Positions 55,113-64,000 of a stretch of DNA of 64,000 nt are shown piece after piece. The first letter of the stretch is position 1; each line of letters starts with the position of its first letter. A model generated the notes under the pieces. It worked only from the letters and a program-made list of their open reading frames with translations. It ran no database searches and was not told the DNA's origin. This DNA is from Escherichia phage SDYTW1-F1-2-2_3. The stretch lies in sequence record OR296290.1; one strand, 5' to 3'. The position numbers were made by a program, and so were the translations under genes.

Positions 55113-56081
55113 ATGGCTTTATTTGGAGGAGGGAATAGTAAAACTACTTCCCAAATGATTCGCCCTGAATACATTCAACAGTATATTGACCAGCTTAACC
55201 AACAGATTGGTAATACTAGTTCAGGGGATTATGTTTATCGTGACAATGTAGGATTTAATAACAACCAGACAGAAGCTCTTAACAACTTGGCACAATCTGG
55301 CGCTCTAGGGACTCTCTCGCAGCAATATATGGATGCAGCAGGTCAAGGGTTAGGTTATCTGGATAATGCCTATAAAGGCTACCAGAGCCTCTCTGGACAA
55401 GGTGGGATTACTGGAGAACAGATTGGTGCTCTTGCTGGTCAACTGTATGATGACGATGCTGTGCAAGCAGCTATTACAGCTAATAATGAACAAGTTCAAC
55501 AGAACCTAGCACGTAATGCTCTTCCTCAGCTAGCTCAACAGTATGCTGGTCAGCAGGGTTCAGGTGCTCGTATGGCTAAGTCTTTTGCTCAAGGTGATGC
55601 TCTGAATCAGATGCAAAGCCAAGCAACAGATATTACTAACAGTGCTTATAACTCGGCTATCAACCAAGCTGAAAGCATTCTCTCTGGTAATAGACAGAAT
55701 CAGGCAGCTGCTCTCTCAGGTCTTTCTACTATTGGTTCTAACCTTTCCAATTTAGGTCAACAAGGTGCTGATCTATCTCAACAACAAATATTAAACCAAT
55801 GGAAGGCTGGGTTGCAGCAACAACAGCAACAACAGAATGAATATGATAATGCCTACCAGAATGCTCAGAACGCAGCTAATTGGGGATGGCAAGATATCAA
55901 CAACCAACTCGGTGCAGCAGGTGTACTTAACGGCGCTCTCGGACAAACTACAACTACTAAAACATCTGGTGGGGGTGGTGGCTTCTTAGGTGGAGCTATG
56001 AGTGGTGCAGCAGCTGGCTCTTCTTTTGGTCCTTGGGGTGCCTTGGCTGGAGGGGTGATTGGCGGGATGGCTAGTTCTTAA
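55113..56081 (+). CDS. Gln/Asn/Gly-rich low-complexity protein (paralog 2)
   Basis: 322 aa; MALFGGGNSKTT...GFNNNQTEALNNLA. Confidence 0.5.
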   Translation: MALFGGGNSKTTSQMIRPEYIQQYIDQLNQQIGNTSSGDYVYRDNVGFNNNQTEALNNLAQSGALGTLSQQYMDAAGQGLGYLDNAYKGYQSLSGQGGITGEQIGALAGQLYDDDAVQAAITANNEQVQQNLARNALPQLAQQYAGQQGSGARMAKSFAQGDALNQMQSQATDITNSAYNSAINQAESILSGNRQNQAAALSGLSTIGSNLSNLGQQGADLSQQQILNQWKAGLQQQQQQQNEYDNAYQNAQNAANWGWQDINNQLGAAGVLNGALGQTTTTKTSGGGGGFLGGAMSGAAAGSSFGPWGALAGGVIGGMASS

Positions 56082-56094
56082 TTAGGAGATAAAT

Positions 56095-57774
56095 ATGCAA
56101 CAGACAACTTACGCTCAGGTCAGAAGTCGTGACCCGAGAAATACTTTCTATGGTGTTAATCCGGGAGCGGCTTCGGCCTCTCCTTATATGGCTAGACCTA
56201 CTCAGACAGCGGATGTTTCTATGTACCAGCGTCCTGCTGTACCTTCATCTCTCGCAGGTCTTGTCTCTCAGGCAGAAGAAGATCAGAATGCTATGGTGAA
56301 TCCGGGATTCCAGCAACGTCTTATGGAACAACAGAATCAAGGAACCCCAACAAGTCTTCAGGGTATTGACATTGGAGCACCAGCCCCTGTAGCAGCTAAT
56401 CCTAATTTATCTACTGATCAAGGTTTGCAGGATGCTGGACTTATGCCTAGTGACCCTCTTCCGGTGACACCTCCTGCCAAGCCACTAGAAACTGGTCCTA
56501 TGGAGTTTACTCCTTCTCAGGTTGAACAAGCACAAGGTGTTGTTAATACTCTTGCTCAAGGACAAGACACCGGTGACGGAATGGCTGCTGCTACTCGTAC
56601 TAAAGATCAAGAGCGTGTTAACAATGATATCTTGCAAGTTGCAAAAGCTAAAGATCCTTCAGAAGCTTGGAAGAAGTTACAGAAAGAACCTTTCTATCAG
56701 AACTCTAGTTTCTATACAGGTTTAATGGGTGTAGGTCTTTCTATCATGTCAGGTAAATCTCCTATCGAAGCATTCCAGATTGGTCAGGGGATGGCTAATC
56801 AAGATGAGACTAAAAAGCAACTGGAAGCTAACCGTGATGCTCTGATTGAACAAGGTTTCTCTCAAGACTCAATTGCAGCTGCTATAGCTCAGGGTGATCC
56901 TTCTCTTCTGAAGATGAAAGCTAAAGACCCTCTTCAACAGGAAGCTCTGTATGCTGCTCGTGAAGAACGTCAGAATGCTGAGTGGGATAGACGTCAAGCT
57001 ATCAATGAAGAATCTGCTGAGAGAAACCGTAAGGCTACTTTGGAAAATCAGTTAGCTCTGGCGGAAGCGCGTGGTGAGATTACTCGCGACAACCTTTTGT
57101 TCAAGAAGGATCACAATGTTCGTAGAACATCTCCCAAGTGGGAAAAAACAGAGGAGCTTGGTGGTATTACTCCTAACTTGCGAGATAAATTACAGCAATC
57201 TTATCGTCCTGTTATTAATGTCCTAGCTTCTCGAAACAAGTGGATGGCTCCTACAGAGGCTGCTATTTCTAAACTAGGAACTGGTGCAAATTCTCAAGAG
57301 AACTCAGCTCAGCAACGTGCTGCTATTGAGAACTTGACTAAACTTATTCAGGGTGGTTTAGCTTCTATTAACGGAGAAGTTATGAATGAGCTTACAGGTG
57401 ATCCAGATTGGGTTAACAACAAGTTGAATAAGATTCAGATGATGGCAGGTCAAGGTCCGACCGAAGCAAATATCAAGTGGCTTAAAGCACTCGGTACAGA
57501 GATTCAAGAGATTGATAAAGAGGCAACTAAGTACCAAGTAGCCCCTCTAGTGGAATCTTTGATTCTTGATAGTGGTTTGGCTCCTGAAAATGCTATCAGA
57601 GCTGCTAACTCTATTTTTGCTCCTGGCTCTGTTCGACTCACTACTGAGGAGTTTAAAGAATGGTCTCGTGGACATAGTAAAGTTCACGATAAAACATTCC
57701 CTGATGACAAGCCTTCTAAATTGAAGGGTGGTGCTTTATCTGGTTCTTCAGATACTAGCTGGTTCACTCAATAA
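56095..57774 (+). CDS. internal virion/ejection protein (putative)
   Basis: 559 aa in late block after SLT and Q-rich genes. Confidence 0.45.
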   Translation: MQQTTYAQVRSRDPRNTFYGVNPGAASASPYMARPTQTADVSMYQRPAVPSSLAGLVSQAEEDQNAMVNPGFQQRLMEQQNQGTPTSLQGIDIGAPAPVAANPNLSTDQGLQDAGLMPSDPLPVTPPAKPLETGPMEFTPSQVEQAQGVVNTLAQGQDTGDGMAAATRTKDQERVNNDILQVAKAKDPSEAWKKLQKEPFYQNSSFYTGLMGVGLSIMSGKSPIEAFQIGQGMANQDETKKQLEANRDALIEQGFSQDSIAAAIAQGDPSLLKMKAKDPLQQEALYAAREERQNAEWDRRQAINEESAERNRKATLENQLALAEARGEITRDNLLFKKDHNVRRTSPKWEKTEELGGITPNLRDKLQQSYRPVINVLASRNKWMAPTEAAISKLGTGANSQENSAQQRAAIENLTKLIQGGLASINGEVMNELTGDPDWVNNKLNKIQMMAGQGPTEANIKWLKALGTEIQEIDKEATKYQVAPLVESLILDSGLAPENAIRAANSIFAPGSVRLTTEEFKEWSRGHSKVHDKTFPDDKPSKLKGGALSGSSDTSWFTQ

Positions 57775-57794
57775 GACCTAAGTCCTGCCTTCTA

Positions 57795-57805
57795 TAATGT
57801 ATATA
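57795..57805 (+). promoter_or_regulatory. candidate phage promoter element TAATGTATATA
   Basis: TAATGTATA at 57795-57803 and 40288-40296, AATGTATATA on minus strand at 2883-2892; each 33-38 nt upstream of a start codon. Confidence 0.35.
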
Positions 57806-57841
57806 GGGGGTAGGACATTTTTATTTATAAAAGGAGACGTT

Positions 57842-60800
57842 ATGGCTAACATTAAACCGTGGGAAGAAGCTTCCAAAGCTCCTGCGTATCTGAATGCCTC
57901 TCCGGAGCGTCAAGCTCAAATGAGAGAACAATATAAGGCAGCAGGTGGCTCTATTCCTGAGGAACGACCAGTGGCACAACCACAACAAGAAGAACGTGGT
58001 GTTATTGGTGAGTTTGCTCAAGGTGTGTCAAATGCTCTTCAATCTGGTGGTGCAAACATCGCAGCTAGTACTGCTAGAGGTGTTGGTGGTTTGGTTGAGC
58101 TTGGTGAAAACCTAGCTGGAGCACAAACTAGTTATGGTAAGCGTATCCAAGAGAATGCTCAAAACCTCTTGAAAGAACGTATGGATAAGATTGAGGATGG
58201 GATTGGTAAAACTGCCGGTCAGTACGCTGGAGTGGCTGCCGATATCGGTTTGACAGTTGCTAGCCCATTAACTGCCGCTGCTGTCATCGCAGGTCGTGAG
58301 ACAGGTCGTGCATATGCAGACCAAACCCCTGAAGAGGGAGAAGATAAGTCTGTTCTGGATGCAGCTCTAGTCGGTGGTGCTAACTATGCAGCTATGAGAA
58401 TCCTTCCGGGTGCTGTTGGTACAGCTGAGTCCACACTTGGACGTATTGGTCAGAACGTTGCTTCTAACGCAGTGGCTGGTGCTAAAGGTGGTGCTCTTAT
58501 TGGTGCTGCTGAAGCTCAGAACAAATATGGTGATGACAATGATCTAGCTAAGACACTAGAAGGTGTTATCACAGAAGGGGCTATGGGTGCTGCATTTGGT
58601 GGTGCAGTTGGTGGGGTTCATGGTTTGATTAGTCGTCCGGATTCTGCTGTCTTTAGGAACACTCCAGAGTATGCGAAGACTGATATTGCTGCTGATGATG
58701 AGTTGATTCGTAGTGCTAAGAATATTGATGAACTGAAAGAAGCCTACTCTAAAGCTGAAACTGCTAATGCTGCTTCTGCCCTTAATCTTCTGGATGAGAA
58801 TGGATTCCGTATCACAGATGCTGTTGCTGTAGATTCTCCTGCTGCTCAGCGTATTCTTAATACAGACCAAGCTCGTGCTGAGAAAGCTGCTTCTGCTCAG
58901 AAAGACCACTCTAACATCCCGGGCCTTAATCCTTTGGCTGCCCCTGCTAAGACTCGTGGTAAAGCTTTCGCTGATAATGAGCACAACCAGAAACAGGCTG
59001 TTGCTATGAAAGATGCAATGGCTGATTACACCAAGGATAACACTAAAACTCTTACAGATGTTCTAGATAATCTAGATCGTGAATTAACCTCTCTCCGAGC
59101 TTCTGGTGACTTTACTGGCAGCCCGATTGATATTAAGAATCGCACACAAGCTGACCGTGATTTCATTGATGCTTACAAGACTTTCTATAATGAAGCAAAC
59201 CGATTCAAAGCTCGTGATGGTGAAGACTTTAACAACTTTGTAGAGAAAGCTACTGAGCTACAGAAGATGGCTGATAACGTTTCTCCAGAGATGAAGAAAG
59301 CTATTGGTGGGTTGAAAAAACTGAAGGGTATGCCTGAAGGTTTTAATCCTATCCAAGACGCTTACACTCTGAACAACACAGCTAAGTTTATGAGCAACCA
59401 AGATCGTGGTTGGACTTCCCTAACTGACGACGGCTTCCGTGAGGCTTCTTCTCCTAGTCTGGTTATGAACACCCTTGGTGCTGCTAAGTATGCTCTGAAT
59501 CGCTTCTCTTCTCAGCGTGCTCGCTCTCAACGTGTTAAACAACAAGAATCTAACAGTGAAGCTATCCGCTCTCTGGCTCGTGGTGATTTGGAAGTTGCTC
59601 GTGCTAAATCTACTGCTGATGAAGCTCGTGCTAAAATGGAAGAAGAACCAGTTGTTGATGACATTAATTTTAAGACGCAAAATGACGTAGAAACCGAACC
59701 GGTTCGGGAGCCTTCTTCTAGTACTGTGACGGAAGAAAATCTTCCTTCTTCTGCTCTTCAAGATTCCCCTCTTACAGCTCGTGATTTAGTTGCGCAAAGA
59801 CGTGCTATCCGTCAGGCTGAACAGCGTCGTGCTGAAGAAGAGGCGGCGGCAGCTCGAGAAGCTCCGGTTGAACAGGCTCCACAGGCTGAACCTCTCCCTG
59901 CTCGTAATCCTTTAGAGGAGCGTCGTGCAATAGAGCAGCAACGTGCTCAAGAAGAGGGCCAAAAGGCTTCATCAGAGGATGCATCTTCTGTTACTAAAGA
60001 ATCCCTCTCTCACTATGCTGAAGATGGGATACTTTCTCAAGACTTAAATGGCAACATTGCTCTTCGCCTAAACCAGTTCACCCCAGCTGAGCAACAGTTT
60101 TTGCGTAACCATAATTTGGTTGACTCAAACGATATGGTCAAAGCTAGTTCTCTAAGACAAGCTGATCCATTACCTGCTCGTGCTCCTAAAGCTCCTAAGG
60201 AAGCTGTACAGGACGTTAAACCGGCAAGTGGTGTAGAACGCTTAGCTGCTATGTCTAGTGCTGCTCGTCAGGCTACTAAAGATCGTGCAGAACGTTTTGC
60301 TCGTTCTCTGTATTCTAAGGCTGCTAAGGCTAAAGCTACTGCTGAAAACTTCTTGGCTTACAAGGGTGATCCTAAGGAATTGATGCGTCGTATTCGTCAG
60401 GAAGATAATGCTATCAACACTGAACGTCATGAAGAGATGGCTCGTAATCAGCTAGCTTCTCAGCAAGGTATTGCTACTGCTAAGAACAACACTGTACGAA
60501 CTAACTTTGCTGAATGGGTTAAGGAACGTGGTCTGCCAGAAGACATTGCTACTAAGGCATTACGTGCTGAAGAGAAAGGTTTAGGTGGGAACGTAACTAA
60601 CTTGGATAGTCTTAAACGTCGTGCTGAAAGGTTGTATCAGAAGCAGCGTGAGGATGAGTTTGATAGACTGTATCAACAAGCTCTAGAAGAGAATAAAGCT
60701 TTCGACAAGAAAGATGCTCCTAAACTGGTTGACCAGAAGAAAGAGCTTCAATCTGAGATTGATACTTTGGTTGATTCAGAACCTTTACGTCCTGCTCAGA

Positions 60801-62422
60801 AAGATGCTATGCGTAAGCTGATGAATGATTATGTAGATGGGAAGTTTAAATCTTCAGAGAAAGCTGGTAGGGAAGAGGCTTTGGAAGTTGGTCAGATGAA
60901 GGATGTTTGGGATGGGTTTATTAACACCTATAACAGAGAAGTGAATGCCTTCAACAAAGCTAACAAGAACTCTCAATATGAAGCTGCTGCTAAACACTTG
61001 CAGGCTCGTGAAGAACGTCTTGCTACTCTGAAAAATAAGGCACAGGCTCGTTCAGATGCTAAAGCTGCTGTTGAGAATGAACGTAAGACTCTAGAGGCTA
61101 TTGCAGCTCAGAAGAGTGAGATTGAGAAGATGATGGAAGGTTTACCTAAGCCTGTTCGTGAAGCTCAGGAATCTCGTACATTGAAACAGTTGGCTGCTCA
61201 CCATGATAAGAACTCTCCAGTTCCTCCAGAGAAGTTCCGTAGTTACATTGAACGTATCCATAACGCCGAGTCAGATTACCTTGACCGTCAGCGTCGTTTA
61301 ACTGATGCAGAGGAAGATGCTCGTCAGGATAAGTGGAACAAGATGTATGAGCAAGCGGAAGAGATGGACCGTAAGTTTGATATAGACAAAAGAGTTAAGC
61401 GCAGTGAAGAGCTTAAAGCTGCTCAGAAGCGTGAGAATGACCTTATGGCAGTACAACGTCAACGTGATGACATTCATCGCCGCCTGATGCATACTATGGA
61501 AGATAAGGGCATATCTAGAGAGGATGCTGAAGCATTTGCTGGTTCCTACATGGATAACCGTTATGCACTTCTTGAGAAGCCTATGACTCCTACTGAACAT
61601 CAGAATGCTCGTTCTCGTATCGAGGCTGATGTTGAGAAGTTTGCTAAGAAGTACGAATCAATGACCCCTATCGAGAAAGAGATTGTTAAGATTACTGGAG
61701 ATACTGAAGGTAAGCTTGATAACTTGGATGCGGATACTAGGAAGGCTGTTGAGGAGGCTCAGAAGGTTGACTCTGATATTAAGAAACTGCAAGAGGAAGA
61801 GTTGGAGATGGAGAAGATTCGTTCTGCTCTGCCTGACGATGAAAAATCTCAAGCAAATTCTGATATCTTGGAAAGTATTAAGCAGCAGGAAGAAGTCTTT
61901 GCTGATAAAGTAGAGAAAGCTTTCTTGAGTGGGAAGAGCTTGGATGAGTTAGCTAGTGTGGCTGAAGTTTTAGACAGGGTTCATGGTGCAGACAAGGCTG
62001 GTAACAACCGTCGCTTTGTACGTGCATTGCAGACTGCTGCTGAAAACAAGAAGAAGTATGGTGATAATCCGGTAGCTTGGTTTAGTGCTGATGATTATTC
62101 TGCTATTGCTAAACTTGGTGCTTCTTCCGCAGGTGGTAACAAATCTAGAGCACTGGAGAAGATCTTTGGTTCTACAGCTGAACAAGCTAAGAGTAAGTTG
62201 CTTGGCAGGGATGATGTAGCTAAGATGAGACGTGTGATTGAAGAGAACCCTGATGTTAAGATTCCTTCTTACAAGACAACGAATCGTACTGAGTACTTGC
62301 AGTTCTTGGAGAAGTTTAATGACGAAGGGAAGCCGAAGATTAAACGTGGCTCATTGTCAGAGAAGCTTGAACGCAGTAAGCGTCAATCGAGACTCCGTGT
62401 AAGAGTTCGACCTAAGGAGTGA
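57842..62422 (+). CDS. giant Ala/Glu/Lys-rich coiled-coil protein (1526 aa), putative internal/ejection protein
   Basis: Start moved to ATG 57842 (AAGGAGA SD); preceded by TAATGTATATA motif; ends at convergent terminator. Confidence 0.5.
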   Translation: MANIKPWEEASKAPAYLNASPERQAQMREQYKAAGGSIPEERPVAQPQQEERGVIGEFAQGVSNALQSGGANIAASTARGVGGLVELGENLAGAQTSYGKRIQENAQNLLKERMDKIEDGIGKTAGQYAGVAADIGLTVASPLTAAAVIAGRETGRAYADQTPEEGEDKSVLDAALVGGANYAAMRILPGAVGTAESTLGRIGQNVASNAVAGAKGGALIGAAEAQNKYGDDNDLAKTLEGVITEGAMGAAFGGAVGGVHGLISRPDSAVFRNTPEYAKTDIAADDELIRSAKNIDELKEAYSKAETANAASALNLLDENGFRITDAVAVDSPAAQRILNTDQARAEKAASAQKDHSNIPGLNPLAAPAKTRGKAFADNEHNQKQAVAMKDAMADYTKDNTKTLTDVLDNLDRELTSLRASGDFTGSPIDIKNRTQADRDFIDAYKTFYNEANRFKARDGEDFNNFVEKATELQKMADNVSPEMKKAIGGLKKLKGMPEGFNPIQDAYTLNNTAKFMSNQDRGWTSLTDDGFREASSPSLVMNTLGAAKYALNRFSSQRARSQRVKQQESNSEAIRSLARGDLEVARAKSTADEARAKMEEEPVVDDINFKTQNDVETEPVREPSSSTVTEENLPSSALQDSPLTARDLVAQRRAIRQAEQRRAEEEAAAAREAPVEQAPQAEPLPARNPLEERRAIEQQRAQEEGQKASSEDASSVTKESLSHYAEDGILSQDLNGNIALRLNQFTPAEQQFLRNHNLVDSNDMVKASSLRQADPLPARAPKAPKEAVQDVKPASGVERLAAMSSAARQATKDRAERFARSLYSKAAKAKATAENFLAYKGDPKELMRRIRQEDNAINTERHEEMARNQLASQQGIATAKNNTVRTNFAEWVKERGLPEDIATKALRAEEKGLGGNVTNLDSLKRRAERLYQKQREDEFDRLYQQALEENKAFDKKDAPKLVDQKKELQSEIDTLVDSEPLRPAQKDAMRKLMNDYVDGKFKSSEKAGREEALEVGQMKDVWDGFINTYNREVNAFNKANKNSQYEAAAKHLQAREERLATLKNKAQARSDAKAAVENERKTLEAIAAQKSEIEKMMEGLPKPVREAQESRTLKQLAAHHDKNSPVPPEKFRSYIERIHNAESDYLDRQRRLTDAEEDARQDKWNKMYEQAEEMDRKFDIDKRVKRSEELKAAQKRENDLMAVQRQRDDIHRRLMHTMEDKGISREDAEAFAGSYMDNRYALLEKPMTPTEHQNARSRIEADVEKFAKKYESMTPIEKEIVKITGDTEGKLDNLDADTRKAVEEAQKVDSDIKKLQEEELEMEKIRSALPDDEKSQANSDILESIKQQEEVFADKVEKAFLSGKSLDELASVAEVLDRVHGADKAGNNRRFVRALQTAAENKKKYGDNPVAWFSADDYSAIAKLGASSAGGNKSRALEKIFGSTAEQAKSKLLGRDDVAKMRRVIEENPDVKIPSYKTTNRTEYLQFLEKFNDEGKPKIKRGSLSEKLERSKRQSRLRVRVRPKE

Positions 62423-62431
62423 TAAAAGAAA

Positions 62432-62470
62432 AGCCCTCAAGGAGAAATCCAAGAGGGCTTTATTTGTTTC
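62432..62470. terminator. bidirectional terminator at convergence point
   Basis: AAAAGAAAAGCCCTC-loop-GAGGGCTTTATTTGTTT: A-run and T-run flank the stem. Confidence 0.55.
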
Positions 62471-62878
62471 TAGATTTTCTTGTAAGTGATAGTTCCTTCT
62501 TTAACAGCTTTATCATAAGCCGCTTTGAACTTTTTCATCATATTAATTTTGCTCTGTTTTATCTTTTCAAAATCCATCAAATTCATCCTCATACATCCCA
62601 ATTCTCTTCAGAAATCTGGATGTTCATCTTCAAAGCATCCTGAGATGCCTCCGTAGAACCAATCTGATTTACTGCCAAGAATAACAACCTCTTCATTCAT
62701 ATACCCTCCTAGATTGTGTTTATAAAATCAGCAAGTTTCTCTTCACTCTCATCAAAAGCTTTTCCAGCTGCTTCCATCTCCCAAGTCTCGGCATTGTCAA
62801 TAAAGCTCTGAGCTTCTAGTAGATCGTGGATTAAGTCGAAGAGTTTATTTTTATCTGCTTGTGTGATCATGTCAGTTC

Positions 62879-63136
62879 CTAGATTAAATCGTAATACTGA
62901 ATAATGTCAGAGAGTTTGAACTCTCGAATCTCATCTTTCTCTACATCTATCGCTGTCATAATCCAACAAGGTTTGCCACCGTTATGAAAACGGGAGCTAG
63001 CAACGGAGGTTCGGAGTGGAATAACGGACCGGTCAGCAACCTCGCCTCTCCAATTGCGATAGCGAAAGCGAAGAACTTGTTGCGTAGATTTTTGATCATC
63101 ACTCGTTTCCTTTTTTGAATTGTTTTCTTGCATCAT
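62879..63136 (-). CDS. hypothetical protein (85 aa)
   Basis: Track ORF; about 35-nt overlap with upstream gene, start uncertain. Confidence 0.35.
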   Translation of the reverse strand: MMQENNSKKETSDDQKSTQQVLRFRYRNWRGEVADRSVIPLRTSVASSRFHNGGKPCWIMTAIDVEKDEIREFKLSDIIQYYDLI

Positions 63137-63500
63137 TTTCCATCTTAGTTTTTAGTTTATGACAAGGGTCTTTACACAGAACCTGAAAACCTTCTTTCTC
63201 GCACAGAGCACGAGAGATGATTTCATCCCAAGTTGCTTCGTGGTCAAGAGGAACTATAGGCTCTATGTGGTCAATAGCCATATCCTTTACAGGGTGGTCA
63301 GAACCACACATGGCACACTTAAAGTGCATTGCCAGTCTTCCTGTCTTTGGATTAATTTTCTGCTCTGTCTTGGCGTCTGCTAGTGCATCGAACATAGGCT
63401 TCCACTTTCTAGTCAGAGAACGAATCCCTGACTTGATGAAAGAATTGTAACGAGCTTCAGTCCACATTCCAGAGCATCTGGTCTTCTCAGCCTTCGCCAT
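63099..63500 (-). CDS. HNH nuclease
   Basis: FKCAMCGSDHPVKDMAIDHIEPIVP...LCKDPCHKLKT: CxxC...DHI...CxxCH HNH pattern. Confidence 0.6.
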   Translation of the reverse strand: MAKAEKTRCSGMWTEARYNSFIKSGIRSLTRKWKPMFDALADAKTEQKINPKTGRLAMHFKCAMCGSDHPVKDMAIDHIEPIVPLDHEATWDEIISRALCEKEGFQVLCKDPCHKLKTKMENDARKQFKKGNE

Positions 63501-63678
63501 AACCTACACTCATATCATCTTCTTCCCATACACGTTTATCCACTCGATGTGATACTTTTTCACGCTTTTCTTTAATATAGCGATTGCCTAATTCATGACT
63601 ATATTTAATACGCTGCTCTTTTCGAGATTCGCGATTGGAGGAGTTTTCATCATATGAACGATAGTCAAATTTACCCAT
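63487..63678 (-). CDS. hypothetical basic protein (63 aa)
   Basis: Track ORF trimmed to ATG 63678 (AAGGA SD) to remove overlap with exonuclease gene. Confidence 0.35.
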   Translation of the reverse strand: MGKFDYRSYDENSSNRESRKEQRIKYSHELGNRYIKEKREKVSHRVDKRVWEEDDMSVGYGEG

Positions 63679-63688
63679 TATAATATCC

Positions 63689-64000
63689 TTATTCCCAAGT
63701 TTTTTCGAGCCACGACCAATCAAATAGGTCTTCCGGAGTCTGACCAACAAAGAGCAGCTGAGCATTCTCAAGCATCTTCTCTTCATCTTCAGTATCGAAC
63801 TTCTTATAATATTCCATTCGTACTATATGATACATGGTCCACTTGTCTGTAACACCAGCCAATAACTTAGCTGCTGCTTTCTTCCCTATTCCTTGACGTC
63901 GAAGCTGAAGCTTACCGCCCCACATAACTTCTTTACGTTCTCCACATCCGGGGATATTATCTGTACCATCTCCAACCAACATCTGATAGAAGAAGTTTTG
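63689..64000 (-). CDS. 5'-3' exonuclease (FEN-type, H3TH region), 3' part; gene starts beyond window end
   Basis: Frame open to window edge; LVGDGTDNIPG...GIGKKAAAKLL resembles the H3TH motif of 5' nucleases, with an insert. Confidence 0.5.
   Translation of the reverse strand, partial: QNFFYQMLVGDGTDNIPGCGERKEVMWGGKLQLRRQGIGKKAAAKLLAGVTDKWTMYHIVRMEYYKKFDTEDEEKMLENAQLLFVGQTPEDLFDWSWLEKTWE

Noticed and set aside
33016-61852. Minus-strand track ORFs inside the rightward late block (e.g. 35154-35429, 38654-39385, 47535-47813, 58556-58984).
   Set aside because: Antisense to long, well-supported structural genes; no independent evidence.
57842-62422. Calling the 1526-aa protein a tape-measure protein.
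   Set aside because: No tail-tube, sheath or tail-assembly chaperone genes are evident; with SLT and internal-protein-like neighbours an internal/ejection protein is more likely, but unresolved.
62419-62643. 74-aa plus-strand ORF after the giant gene.
   Set aside because: Starts inside the convergent terminator and runs antisense to small leftward ORFs.
1-64000. Prophage or temperate-phage interpretation (integrase, repressor, att sites).
   Set aside because: No integrase, recombinase or CI-like repressor motif was seen in any frame; content fits a virulent phage.

Overview
The window reads as a contiguous piece of a virulent tailed dsDNA phage genome; no integrase or lysogeny genes are visible. 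Calls rest on manual translation of the ORF track, motif recognition and gene order; no database search was possible. Layout: (1) 1-27336 is a dense leftward (minus-strand) block with nucleotide metabolism (ThyX-like, dCTP deaminase-like, glutaredoxin-like), a Dps-like protein, replication genes (T7 gp4-like primase-helicase, DEDDy exonuclease, Pol-beta-type nucleotidyltransferase), a cluster of amide-bond enzymes (GGCT, ATP-grasp, class-II glutamine amidotransferase, two amidoligase-family proteins), HNH endonucleases, one tRNA-Arg(UCU), and two expanded families of small paralogous proteins. (2) 27337-31517 is a repeat-rich, largely non-coding control region enclosing a small island of leftward genes for secreted/membrane proteins. 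(3) 31518-62422 is a rightward late block: terminase, portal, scaffold, major capsid (with an apparent -1 frameshift Ig-like extension), two tail fibres, endolysin, lytic transglycosylase and large internal proteins, punctuated by intrinsic terminators. (4) 62470-64000 holds convergent leftward genes, including an HNH nuclease and a 5'-3' exonuclease that runs off the window. The best candidate for an undescribed system is the amide-ligase cluster at 8137-15349, whose GAT-II gene appears to start at AUU. Other leads are the nucleotidyltransferase/exonuclease pair, the capsid frameshift, and the direct-repeat arrays in the central region. The organisation resembles phiEco32-type coliphages, but that is inference only.
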